This document shows positions 11,791 through 24,561 of a DNA stretch of 62,734 nt, piece by piece; positions within the stretch are counted from its first letter, which is position 1; every line of letters begins with the position of its first letter. The notes below the pieces were generated by a model, which saw only the letters and a program-made list of their open reading frames with translations, searched no databases and was not told where the DNA came from. Source of the stretch: Chiloscyllium plagiosum (taxonomy: Eukaryota). The translations under genes and the position numbers were made by a program. The stretch is taken from positions 12,970,436 to 13,033,169 of the forward strand of contig NC_057718.1 in the NCBI RefSeq assembly GCF_004010195.1, given 5' to 3'.

Positions 11791-12271
11791 AGTTTAAATA
11801 ATTTACAGTCTCAGCAAAATAGCTGAGATAGCTGAAACGCATAAACTAGGCAAGAAAAGACACATTGTTAAAATGTATATTCAGGAATGGAATGTACCTA
11901 TGTACAATGGAAGATGTTACAAGCAAACAGATAAAGTGAAAAGAACATCAAGATCCAAGTTTAGCAAAATCTCCCTTATGTCAGCACTTACAGAGGGGAG
12001 GGTCGCCAACTTGGAGAAGGGGGGGTGGGGGAGTAATAAGGGCAGAGCGCAGCTGGGTAGTGGCAGAACACAATAAGGAAGATTGATAGGTATGAAGACC
12101 CATGAGGTAAACAGGGAGTACCAAAAATTAAAACTGCATAAATTATAAAGCAATCCCTGAATGTGTGTGCCCACTGGTCACCCCTTCTTGCAGGAAGTTT
12201 TCAATAAAATTCGCTGCTTCAGATTTTGACTCGGACTGAAATTTATTATACTGTGAGTTTTATTTCTCACA
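11791..12271 (+). repeat. ERV-A 3' LTR, lacking the first 4 nt and an upstream PPT
   Basis: Near-identical to 4459-4938; ends CA and is followed by the ATTA TSD. Confidence 0.95.
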
Positions 12272-12409
12272 ATTAAGCTTTCAGAAAGAAGATCAACTGG
12301 AATCTTTTGGGGGCATAGGACAAACACTCAACTTGGGAAAAACGTCTTTTTAAATTTAATGGGGTATATGGCTGAAGCTGGATGTGTAAAATAGTTGCTC
12401 CTGAGAAAG

Positions 12410-12945
12410 GGAGTAGACGAGCAGGAGGCTGGAAGAACATAGCAAGCCAGGCAGCATGAGGAGGTGAAGAAGTCAATGTTTCAGGTATAATCCTTCTTCA
12501 GGAGTGGAGGTGGTGGTAGGGGGAGCTGCAGATAAAGAGAGAGGAGGGGAAGGGTTATCGGTGGGGAGAGGGGCAGAGTGGTGAGGTAGTGATAGGTCAA
12601 TACAGGTGGTGGGTATGACCTAGTTGGTCGACAGGAGGAATGAATCTGGTTGGCGCTGGAGGGAAGGGTCAGTTGGAGGGATGGAAGGGAGGTGGTGGGC
12701 CTGGAAAGGGGATTGGGGGATGAGTGGGAAAATTATTTGAAATTGGAGAACTCTGTGTTGAGTTCTCCAGGCTGTAGACTGCCCAGGCGGAAGATGCGGT
12801 ATTGTTCCTCCAATTTGCAGTCTGATTCAGTGTGGCAATGGAGGAGATCAAGAATAGACACGTTGGACAGGGAGTGGGAAGGAGAATTGAAATGGGTGGT
12901 GACCAGGAGGTCAGGTTGGGTTTTACAGATGGAGTTTAGGTCTGT
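12410..12945 (-). mobile_element. Penelope-like 3' fragment: GIY-YIG C-terminus plus pLTR
   Basis: HFNSPSHSLSNVSIL..KLEEQYRIFRLGSLQPGELN; minus-strand CTGAAGA-AGG..CCT-GAAAC near 12478-12502. Confidence 0.8.
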
Positions 12946-13459
12946 TAAGAAGGGTGTCATCTCAGTATAAGATGTTTAATTTAAACGTTCCAGACAACAA
13001 ACAATTAAGTTCCTGGAAGTGTTACTTGAAGCTGGGAAAATTTATGGTCAGTTATATGAATCTACCAGGAAGAGACTATCAGTCTTATATTCATAACAGT
13101 GACTGACACCAGAGTTAAATTAAGTCTTATAGATTTTAAAAAGGGAATTATTTCTGGTGTAACTATCACAAAGGAGTATTTTGGGATTAATTCATGTGTT
13201 TGAAATCTTTAATTTGAGTTATATGTAAATAGTTTGGTTTATTCTATTTTATGTTTATTTCTTCAGTACAACAAATACCTGTTTTATTGTTAAACCCAAA
13301 TCTACAGTAATGTGTGTTTGTGGTTCAATACGAATATGCTCCATCAAGCTAAATGTTTTTCTGGGATCTGACTAGTCTAATAACAACATTAGCTGAGAAC
13401 ATAACACTATGTAACTGACTACTTTGAAGAGAAATTTATGATTCCTCTTAGAGAGTGTG

Positions 13460-15779
13460 ATGTCATGACAATTACAATTCTGGTAATCTAAACATTTTCC
13501 ATTCTAACAATCTAGCAAATTCTACTCCAAAATCTCCTAGTTTGGAAACTTTACAAAGCAGAGAAAACAGCACTGTTGTACTAATTGTTTCCTCTGGGCT
13601 GAACTGAACTGAATCTTGTTGAGAGAGAAACTAAAACTTTCTCCTCAACTCCAATCTTCTCAACTAAAACTCCGGTGATTTGTGCTTAAACTGCCTTTCA
13701 TAAAGCAAAATTATAAACATCTTATTTCATTTGCATTCCAGGAATTCACCTAGCCATTTATTGCAGTAACATGTTTTCTTGGAACTGGTGTATTGAGTTC
13801 ACTGTTCCAGAATGACATTGACCTCTTCTAGAAAAAGAAATTTAAAAAACATCACAGTACTAATCCACATCTTTATGCTCTTTTTATAAAAAATTCAAAT
13901 TTCAAAAAAATATATACTTTACACACCTTTCGCCACACTTCCCCTACAGAAAAGATACCCTGAAGGGACATTTTCTATCAAAAAGCTCTTCACAAAGCAT
14001 GATTTTATTTTAAAAACAAAAATGTAATACTGTAATTAGATTAAATACAATGAATTTCATTTCAGTTATATTTAATATAAGTCCATTTTGATTATGGCAT
14101 TTGGTTTTATTCGTATGTTCTCAGGGCAAATTGTCTGCTCCTTATTGTTCTTTCCAAACATGTGAATCATTTTAAATTGTCTAGCTACTACATTAAGTTC
14201 CAACAAAATAAATGAGCTGTTGTAACAAAATCACTTCAAAAGAATTGAAGGATTGGGGTCTGTATAATCAGCAGTCTGTTTAGAGTTGTTGGATTTGTGA
14301 ATTACAAATTGATTTAGAGTCAATTCAAGATTCAGTGCACTGCACTGCTGAATATTTTTGTTGACATATTCAAATTCCTTGGAAAATAATTGACCATTTG
14401 ATTCCTATTTCGTCTTTTAGTAAAACGGCACCCAAACCAACAACAGCCAGTTTGAATGGTTCCACATAAGTTGGTGCTATTAAAACTGGTGTGTGGTTGT
14501 CAGCACAGTTTTCAAACTGTCAATGGCACTCTGATATTCTTTCGTCCATTCAAAGTTTTCGCTTTTCTTCAATAAATAAATCAAGGAAGACCAAAGTGTT
14601 GAATTTTGGAACAAATTTCTAATAAAATTCACTCATGCGAATGTATTGCAGAAGGTTGTGCCCTGCCTTAGATATAGAAAAAGACCCTATTTTTCACTTC
14701 TGGAGGTGCTATTCGGCCTTCATTTGTTCCCTAAAACCAGTACTTCTTCCTTCCACAGATTTTCTTTTCCTCAAGTTCCCTGTGGATTTTTATATAACCA
14801 ACCTCTATAATTGTAAACAATAAATTCCAGATACGGAGATAAATCAAATCCTCCTTGGAATGAGAATGGTCCTGTTAACTATTACCTTTTTTCTTTCTTT
14901 ATTCTAAGCTTTTCTAAACTAATTCATGTTGTCTTGTTTCTTTATTTATTTCATTAAGCTTATTAAATACCATCTCCCTTTCAATTCTTCTGATATTCTT
15001 TCTCCCCCTTTACTAATCAAGCTTTATTTCCAATTCTCCTTGCCTTTCTTTCTCCTCCCTTTCTACTCCTTTCCTCTTTTTATCAAATCAAGTATTTTCA
15101 CTTTATCTTTTCTATTTTTCCTCTAACTCAGGTTTTCACATTTCTAACTGAACCTTAGTTAATTTTGCAGTGCCAATTCTAGGTTTCCCTATCTTTAGTT
15201 CTAAATTTTGAACGATTACTTTAAGCATCTGAAAATTACTTTTATTTCTACCTTTAATTTATTTGCTAATTTTCTCAGTTTAACTTTAATTTCTTCCTCT
15301 TGACCAGTGGACACAATTTTTGGATTCATCTCCAATTCTGAATAAATGAACCTTTCACAATTCTGCTGGCCTAAACCTTTTCAATTCAAACAACTAGAAA
15401 TTTCTCCCCAAAAATCTCAGTTTGGAAACATTACCAGCTAGAGAAAATAGAATTGGCACCTGTAGGAAGACAAACCAAAACTTGCTTCTGAACTCACCTC
15501 TGGTGTTTTCTGTACTGAGCCAAAAACAAAACAAATAGTTTTGATGCACATATATTGCCTATCATGATCCAAAGTTATTTCATTAAAACTCCAGGGGTCA
15601 CTCCAATCCCTTGATATCAGTTACACATCTTCTCAGAATGTGCGCATTTAGGTCACAGATCCATTCTGACTCTTTAGCCTCCTAAAATAAAACCTTCACA
15701 CCACTAACCCATATTCATACACCCCTCTTTTTAAAAAAAGTTCCAAATTTCAAAATATAGTTTATATATCTCTCATCAC
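13460..15779 (-). mobile_element. Highly decayed, internally deleted Gypsy-type LTR element
   Basis: Two diverged direct repeats (~13530-13925 and ~15410-15779); minus-strand RT/RNase H remnant FDSLKTVLTTTPVL..PFKLAV near 14430-14520. Confidence 0.55.
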
Positions 15780-16232
15780 AATTTATAAGTATACACTTTC
15801 TAGCTAGGCAGCATCTTTATATTCTTGGGTATCAGTTTGAATTTTGAACTTGCTCCTGATCATTATGTTTTGAAACATACCAGTAGGTGTGTGCTGCTCA
15901 TTGTAAGCCAAAGGATATACAATTCAGAAAATTAAGTTAGCTGGATTGGGAATCTCTTTCCAGTGTACATCTGGACTTTCACTAGCAGGTGGCTTTTAGC
16001 TACAAATTAGGCTAGCCTCCTTTGATGTAACCAGATCCCTATTCTTCCACATCACAGGGAGCAATGTTTCCCAGATGTGTCTGCCAGAGTGGACAATTTG
16101 CATTGTCTTCTGAATAGTAAATTGTGACCACTTTTGGGATACTGCCTTTCCAAAATTTTGCACTAAATGGTTATAGGACAAACTATGTGGGCCAGAGAGT
16201 CCATTTCTATGTGGGATATCTGGTGTACTTAC

Positions 16233-16332
16233 CTGTAGCATAGTTGTATTATAGTAAAAGTCAGTCCTCTCCTCTTCCTCCCAAAGAATGTAATTAGCAG
16301 ATACATTACTGATGAATTTTTCACCCAGATAC
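16233..16332 (-). CDS. catspere: CatSper epsilon coding exon (L)YLGEKFISNVSANYILWEEEERTDFYYNTTMLQ
   Basis: Acceptor ...gtttaatttcag, 100 nt, donor gtaagt; phase 2 to 0. Resembles mammalian CATSPERE ANFIVWEIHGRDDYSFNNTMAQ (from memory). Confidence 0.88.
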
Positions 16333-18087
16333 CTGAAATTAAACAAAAATAATCTTTCAAATTACACACCATTTTGTTAGCCTGATATTTTAATCATTAA
16401 TCATTAGCACAAACCCCCATGCTACATTATTTTGAAACATATATGAACATCTTACACCTCCAGTTCTGGTCACATTGAATCTAAAGGTTAGAAAAGGCAT
16501 TTAAAAGTAACTGATGTATGCAATTATTTATATTCTACATGAACTTCCCACATTCTAATGGTTTATTCCCAATCTGTCTCCAAACCCTGAAGTAAATCAA
16601 CAGCGGTTTTGGGATGGAGGCAGGGAGAGAGTTCAGATGCCATGTTAGGAAGTAATTTCCTGGAGAAGAAGGAAGTCAGAAACTGGGAAATGAATATCAG
16701 AAATGGTGGTGAATTAGGGAGCAGGCATGTTTTCTTTTAAATGCAGCATGAGGATCCACATCCAGATAATTTTATTTCATAAAACTTTTGACATCAGACT
16801 ATCCCTAGTTCTGAGCGTGGATAGGCTGCCTAAGGATGAAATCAATCTTATAGGGCCCAAATTCAGAATTCAAAGAGCCTAATGTCATATTAAGCACTGG
16901 CACTGTAAAACAATTGTTACTGCTTTCTAATACGATAGTCAGCATCCTTCCCAATAGAAATATGCATGCATTTCCTGCCCATTATTGGGGACTTCATACC
17001 CATTATTATGGGTTTTACAGACAAGTAAGAGCCCAGGCTTAATGTCCAATAAGGGCACCAAGAAATGCTTATTTTTCGACCTATGGATTATATTTGATTA
17101 TGAGTAAAAACAAAAAAACATTTATACAAACTATTAATGAATCACAAAAGCTCTAGGTGCATGTATTTATGTTACCAGTGATAAATAAAAATACCAACAG
17201 GATTTTTTTTCCTGAGCAAATACAAAAATGGATTGCTTATTCCATTACTGATTTTGTGTTTTTCCAAGTACATATAATTCCTGACCACAAGAGTCTTGTG
17301 ATGTATGGCTAAACCAAACTTTTACCTGAATGACTTAAACTCCTGGCTACATCAAGATAAAACTTTTCAGGAGATAAACATACCTCTGTACAATAGTTTT
17401 ACCTAACACTAACCACAGGAACTTCCATTTAGAGAACATCCTAATACTGCAAGTTTGTTTTAGCCTGGTTTGCAAATTAGGGACATTCCACATGAGCACT
17501 TTCTCCATTTTATTTTAGAATGGTTCCTGAACATGCTGACACTGATTTAAAAACAACTCTTCTTTCCTGCACCCCTCCTCGATCCTCCCACCCTCTGCCT
17601 TCCTCCCTGACTTTTCTGCTCGCTGCCCCTCTCCACGACCCTTTTGCTGTCCACCTTCATACACATCTCTCCTCCGCCTCTCTGCCTTCCTTTCCAAGTC
17701 TCCTTCTCCTGCCTCCCTCTCCAATTCTTTTATTGCCCACCCATTCTCTCCCCAGACCATTTCACTCTCAACCAAGATTCAAGAGAGGGAACAGGATATG
17801 GGAGCAGAAACTAGGAGGAAGCGGGAGATAGAAGCAGTGAGTGAGAATGTCAGTAAATGGGAGAGTGATGGGAGGGTCAGGGAAGGAAGTTGCAAGTGGC
17901 AGGAGTGGTAAGTAGAAGGTTAGGTTTGAGGAGCTGTTAAGTTATTGAGGGTTCTTCAGCTATTATGACTTTTTTAGGAGGATTTTTGGGATAGTTTCAT
18001 TTAGATAGCCAATATGTATTTTACTCTGAAATTACAGGTACCTAACTTTATTACCAGGACATGTAGTTCCTCGTTAATGGGTGAAAC

Positions 18088-18828
18088 TGTTGTAGGGAAA
18101 AACATCAGTCTTGGAGTCAGAATGGGGGTTCAATAACAGAGTTTATTACACAAGGAAGTACCGGAGGTCCAGGGAGAGAAAGACACCTACAACATAGTAG
18201 TCAGCTACAAGTCTTCTCTCAATCCAGAGCACATGTCAAGAAACTTTTATACCTGTTGTGATACAATTGGTCAGTGATGAGATTATTGTCTTTGCAACGT
18301 GATTTGTTTATGGCAATCATTGCAGAATCGTTGATTGTTTCAATACAGTCTTTGTCAGTTCCAGTGCAGCCTTTGTTAATTTCTGTGTGTTCATTGTCAG
18401 CTTCAGTGTAGACATTGTTGGTTTCAATGTCTGCATGGAAATCCATTGCTGTAGTAATGGGTGCTAATCGCTTCTCCTGAGAAGGGTGATTACTGCAGCC
18501 CTGGCTATTAGCATTTCGTATTGAGTCTGTATCAAGCTGCTAGCATTTCTATGAGGTGTTGGCTGGACCCAGACACTTTGGCAGGCAGTGTTTTGTTACT
18601 CATGTGTATTCTCTCTCCCCATCCTCCTTAAATTAATCAACTGGGTGTTGAGTGCATTGTGCTGCCACTCTGGTGGCCCAGGCAGTGTCTGTATCTGCTC
18701 TGCTGTTTCTCTCCATATTGTGATCCAGCAGCCATCTTATGTGTCAAGTTGGCCAACTGATGGCTCAGCGGCCATCTTGTGTGTCCGTCTGCCTAATGTC
18801 ACCCTGCCCCATGCAATCTTCTTCCTCA
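18088..18828 (-). repeat. ERV-B 3' LTR
   Basis: Homologous to 28652-29358; preceded on the minus strand by the purine tract; AATAAA at 18142-18147 (minus); internal ~21-bp repeats. Confidence 0.92.
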
Positions 18829-18839
18829 CTCCCTCCTTT
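18829..18839 (-). promoter_or_regulatory. ERV-B polypurine tract
   Basis: AAAGGAGGGAG immediately before the TG of the 3' LTR on the minus strand. Confidence 0.85.
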
Positions 18840-18913
18840 GTGGTCAAGGAGGCGACTTCGGAGAACTCCCGCAGATGTAAATGTAGAAGTAGGTCATCTC
18901 TAGGAGCTCCGCC

Positions 18914-20466
18914 CTACCAAGGGGTATCATGGAGTGCCAATTTTGTTGGGGGTTCTTCCGTGGTGACACTCACTGCTGGCACAGTTCTCATCAGTAGCGC
19001 CTTACAGCAGAGCTTTAAACACCCGAGGCCCATACAGAATACCAGCATGAGTGGAATGCAGAGAACTATCCTGTGTGCCAAATTGGGCCCCCAAGATTTA
19101 CCTAGCAACCAATTTAGCTAGCTGTCTGTAATTGTGGTTCCCTGTCGAAAACTGTCTAGCTGGTCTCAGATATTCTTGACGACTTCTGTAATATTATAAG
19201 AGGCATCAATAACATGGGTAATACAATTGTCACCAATAATTATACAAACGTCCCCCCCCCCCCCTTGCTGTGCTAATTGATAATCCACTGCATAACGTGT
19301 CTGCTGTGTGTAGAGTCTGAGTTCAGCCAGCTCTGTGTTAATTGCTTCCAGAGCTTTCGAGGTACTGTTGCCTAGGATAGTCAGGCCACATAAAAGATAA
19401 TTTCAGTTTTTAGCGCTGATGACTCCTGCTGCGCCCCCTCAAAAATAGAGAACCCAGAAATCCACATCCCAGTGATGACTCCAAAGTGATGGAGGCCTGC
19501 CAGTCAACACAGAACTCCTGACTGATGGAATGGGTCACTATCCTTCTCCAAATATGTCCCCCGCTGGGACGTGGTACAGTAAGGGGCACAATTGTCTTGA
19601 CTGCAAACAGGTTTGGGAGGTCTGGAGTATCTGTCGCGTAAGTCCCCTTAAATAGGAAATCAAATCCTGTTGCCGCTTGGTAACAGGCATTGTCCTGTCC
19701 TTCTGTTTGTCTGTCCACCCATGTCGCCCATGATCCCCCTTGCTGGTAAGTATCGAACAAGTGTGTCCTGTGGCAGAGCTGACATAGGTGTCATTGCACT
19801 GATCACACATGAACTGTCTGCCAGCGGTGACATTCAAGCATGCCTGCTCACTTCAGGTGCAGATAAGTTCTCCCCTAGTGACCGTACACTGCTGATAAGT
19901 GCACTGAGTCTGGATGCATGAGTTGTTTTTGGGAACCAGGGCATAAACGCGTCCCCATCCCTGTCCTGTGAAACAGAGTGGGCCCTCCCTTCCCTAGGCT
20001 GGGAGGGCCTGGCTCCATGGGCCGGTGGTCCTGTCCAGCGCACACATCTACTCTGGAGTTCCCACTTGTATTTCCCTAAATGCCCTTTACACAGCGCTCC
20101 CGAGGTATCCACTGTATACAGGTCGTGAGTGGTCCATACTGGGGTAACCACAAATAGTGATTCCACTGATCGCACCAGTGGGTAGCAGACAGTTCGGTTC
20201 CCATGCAAGCTTAGGTGGGTTTTATAGAAGAGGTTATCCTCAAAACCTGGCATACTGCCAACAGTTGATCCTTAAATACAATGAAATACAAATAGGTATA
20301 TACATGTTACAGTTAAAATAGAGTTAACAGTTAAAGTCTTTGTTCCTGTTAGGAGGTGCAGTCGTGCCTTGTTCTGTTGTGTTTTGGGTACTCTCTCCAG
20401 GATGACAGTCTTGTCTGCCTTTGCTGCTTGCACCTGGGGAATGGCCAATGACATTAGTTTGGTCAC
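18914..20466 (-). pseudogene. env: ERV-B env with filovirus/ASLV-like TM subunit
   Basis: Hydrophobic signal ILTVTCIYLFVFHC; SU with N-glycosylation sites; IWRR cleavage remnant; Cys-bracketed internal hydrophobic loop; LLCGLTILGNSTSKALEAINTELAELRLYTQQTRYAVDYQLAQQGG.VCIIIGDNCI; anchor RIVLCIPLMLVFCMGLGCLKLCC. Confidence 0.85.
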
Positions 20467-20715
20467 AGAAGTCTTTAAACTCTTTTAGTTGGGTCCAATG
20501 CTTCCATGTGCCTTTTCCTTTAATGTCTAGGCAGGCACAGTTGTCCCCATTTATTATCACATTGTATGGCCCACTCCATTTTGCGGCAAAGCCTGGTTTG
20601 TCAGGCAATGCTTGTACTAGGACGCGGCTTCCTGCTGCTGGGATGTCAGGGAAGACTTCAAGTTCCCCTGCCCTATCCTTTTTGTTCTGTTTGTCAATTA
20701 CAGATTTCCACATCC

Positions 20716-23700
20716 AAAGAACAAAGAAAATTTACAGCCCAGGAATAGACCCTTTGGCCCTCCAAGCCTAAGCTGATCCAAATCCACTGTCTAAACCTAT
20801 CACCCAATTCCTAAGCATCCTTCTGCTCCCCATCTACTCATGCATCTGTCCAGACACACCTTGAATGAATCTGCCGTTCCTGCCTCTACTACCTCTGCTG
20901 CGTTCCAGGCACCTACCACCCTCTGTGTAAAGTACTTGCCGCGTATATCCCCCTTAATCTTTTCACCTCTCACCTTGAACGCATGACCTCTCGTTATTTA
21001 ATCCCTCACCCTGGGAAAAAGCTTATCTCTATCTACTCTGTCTATACCCTTCATGATTTTTTAGACCTCAAATCAGATCCCCCCTTAATCTCCTTTTTTC
21101 TAATGAAAACAATCCTAACCTACTCAATTTCTCTTCATAGCTAGCACCTTCCATCGAGGCAACATCCTCATAAACCTTCTCTGCACCCTCTCCAAAGTGT
21201 CCACATCCTTTTGGTAATGTGGTGACCAGAACTGTACACAGTATTCTAAATGTGGTTGAACCAAAGTCTTGCACAATTTTAACATGACCTGCCAGCTCTT
21301 ATACTCAATACCACATCCGATGAAGGCAAGCATTACATATGCCTTCTTGACCACCCTATCCACCTGTGCAACCACCTTCAGGGTGGACCTGAACTCCCAG
21401 ATCTGTCTACTCGTCAACTTTTCCCAAGGCTCTTCTGTTTACAATATAGTTTGCTCTTGAATTAGACTTCCCAAAATGCATTATCTCATATTTGCCTGGA
21501 TTGAACTCCATCTGCCACTTCTCCGCAACTCTCTAGTCTATCTATATTCTCCTGTATTCTTTGACAGTACCCTATGCTTTCTGCTACTCCAATCTTCATG
21601 TCTTCTACAAACTTACTTATCAGATCAACATTTATGTATATTACAAACAACAGTGACCCCAGCACTGATTCTTGTGGAACACCACTGGTCTCCTTTCTCC
21701 ATTTCAAGAAACTCCCTTCAACTACTACTCTGTCTCCTGTTGTTCAACCAGCTCTTTATCCACCTAGTTAGAACATCCCGCACATTATGTGACCTCACTT
21801 TCTCCATTAGTTTACCATGGGGAACCTTATCAAAAGCCTTACTAAAGTCCATATATGTAACACCTACAGCCCTTCCATCATCTATCAACTTGGCTATTTC
21901 CTCAAAGAACTCTATTAAGTTGGTAAGGCATGATTTACACTGCACAAAACCATGTTGCCTATTACTGGTAAGCCTATTCTTTTCCAAATATTGATAGATT
22001 TTATACCTCAGTATCTTCTCCAGCAACCTTTCCAGCACTGACGTCAGACTCACTGATCTGTAATTACCTGGAATATCCCTACTATCCTTCTTATACAGGG
22101 GGACAGCATGAGCAACCCTCTAGTCCTCTGGCACCTCACCTGTGTTTAAGGATGCTACAAAGATATCTGTCAGGGCCCCAGCTATTTCCTCTCTCGCCTC
22201 CCTCAGCAACCTGGGATAGATCCCATCCGGTCCTGGGGATTTGTCCACCTTAATATCCTTTAGCCTACCCAACACATCCTCCCTCCTTATGTCAATGTGA
22301 TCCAGAGTAAACAAACTTCAATCTCTAATCTCAGCATCCATCACCTTCCATTCGTCAGTGAACACCGATGCAAAGAATCTCACCCATTTTCTCAGGTTTG
22401 ATACACAATCTTTCTTCCTTATCCTTTAGTGGACCGACCCTTTCTCTGGTTACCCTCTTGCGTCTTACGTAAGAATAAAAGGCCTTGGGATTCTCCTTAA
22501 TTTTGCTCGCTAAAGTTGTTTCATGACCCCTTTTAGCCTGCTTGATTCCTGGTTTAAGATTGGTCTACTCTCCCGATATTCCTCCAAGGCCTGTTCTATT
22601 CTTAGCTGCCTGGACCTTATGTACATTTCCTTTTCCTCTTGCTAGTCGCACAATTTCTCCTGTCATCCACGGTTCATAAATCTTGCCTTTCCTATCCCTT
22701 GTTTTCAAAGGAACATGCCTATCCTGCACTATTTTCAACCTATCTTTGAAAGCCTCCCACATATCAAATGTGGACTTTCCTTCAAATAGCTGTGTCCAAT
22801 CAACATTTCCCAGCTCCGGCCTAATTTTGATATAATTGGCCTTGGCCCAGTTTAGTACTCATCCCTTAGGACCACTCTCATCTTTGTCTACGAATATTCT
22901 AAAACTTACAGAATTGTGGTCACTATTCCCAAAGAAATCCCCCACTGCAATGTCTACCACCTGGCCTGGCTCATTCCCCAACACCAGGTCCAATATGGCC
23001 TCATCCCTTGTCAGACTACTGACATACTGCTCTAGAAAACTTTCCTGGATGGTCCTTACAAATTCTGCCCCATCCAGACCTCTGACACTAAGTGTACCCC
23101 AAAATTAAGATCTCCCATCACCAACACCCTGTTGCCTCTACATCTTTCAATAATCCGTTTACCTATTTGTTCTTCTACCTCACACTCACTGTTGGGAGGC
23201 CTGTAGTACAGCCCCAACAATGTAACTGCACCCTTCTTATTTCTCAGCTCCACCCATAACGCGTCACTGCTCAAACCCTCCATATTGACTACCTTTAGCA
23301 CAATCGTGATGTCATCCCTAACCAGTAATGCAACTCCTCCCCCCCTTTTACTTCCCTCCCTGTCCTGTCTGAAGCATCTATATCCTGGAACATTTAGTTG
23401 CCAATCATGCTCTTCCTTCAACCAAGTTTCTGTGATCGCAATAACATCATACTCCCAGGCACCAATCCAAGCCCTACCTTACCCACTATACTCCTTGCAT
23501 TAAAGTATATGCACTTCAAGCCGCCAGTTCTTTTGCATTCATCTGCTCTCTGCCTACTCTTCCCCTTGGTAATGCTAACTTTGTGATCCTTACAGTCTCC
23601 AGTTTCCATCTCACTGTCTAGTAGTCTTCTCTTCTGGTTCCCAGTCCCCTGCCACATTAGTTTAAAACCTCCCCATCAGCAGTAGCAAAAACTCCCCTGA

Positions 23701-24540
23701 AGGACATTAGTTCCAGTCTGGTTCAGGTATAGATCATCCAATTTGTAAAAGTCCCACCTTCCCCAGAACCGGTCCCAATGTCCCACAAATTGGAACCCCT
23801 CCTCTTACACTATCCCTCAAGCCACATGTTCATCCTGCCTATTCTTTCATTTCTACCCTGGCTAGCACGTGGCACTGGTAGCAATCCCAAGATCACTACC
23901 TTTGAGGTCCTCCTTTTTAACTTCTCTCCTAGCTCCCTGAATTCTGCTTTCAGGACCTCATCCCTTTTTTTACTTATATCATTGGTGCCAAAATGCACCA
24001 TGACAACTGGCTGTTCACCCTTCCCTTTCAGAATGCTCTGCAGCCAATCGGTGATATCCCTGACCAGAGCACCTGGGTAGCAACATACCATCTGGGAGTC
24101 TCATTTTCGGCCACCGAACCGCCTATCTACTCCCTGAACAATAGAATCCCCTATGACTATGGCCCTATGAGACTTTTTCCCGCCCTTCTAAATAGCAGTG
24201 CCCACCACGGTGCCATGATCCTGGCAACTACTGCTCTCCTCTGGTAAGCCATCTCCCCCAATAGTATCCTAAACAGTACACCTGTTTTGGAGGGAGATGA
24301 CTGCACGGGACACCTGCACTGCCTTCCAACTCTTTCTCTGCCTTTTGGTCACTCTGTCTCCCTCAGCAATTCTAATCTGCAGTGTGACCAATTCACTAAA
24401 CGTGAACTCCACAATCTCCTCAACATCGCGGATGCTCCACAGTGAGTCCATCTGCAGCTCCAGAGCTGTCATGCGGTCAGACAAGAGCTGCAGCTGGACA
24501 CACTTCTTGCAAGTGGAAGAGTCAGGGATGTCAGCCACTC
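20716..24540 (-). mobile_element. Near full-length CR1 LINE inserted in ERV-B integrase
   Basis: ORF1 zinc-finger/esterase (CKKCVQL, VVMVHFGTNDI); ORF2 APE (LKCIYFNARSI, YYRPPNS) and RT (YMDFSKAFDKVPH, GVPQ); short-repeat 3' tail at 20716. Confidence 0.92.
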
Positions 24541-24561
24541 CCTTTCAATTGGGTGCTTAAT

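Larger units (their letters stand above)
4455..12271 (+). mobile_element. ERV-A: defective class I (gamma/epsilon-like) endogenous retrovirus provirus
   Basis: Two ~480-bp LTRs, 4-bp TSD ATTA (4451-4454 and 12272-12275), tRNA-Pro PBS, gag-pro-pol-env remnants in order. Confidence 0.95.

Noticed and set aside
17515..17930. Pyrimidine block followed by a purine block, with ORFs on both strands
   Set aside because: Low-complexity sequence; no convincing base-paired arms or splice-consistent exon.
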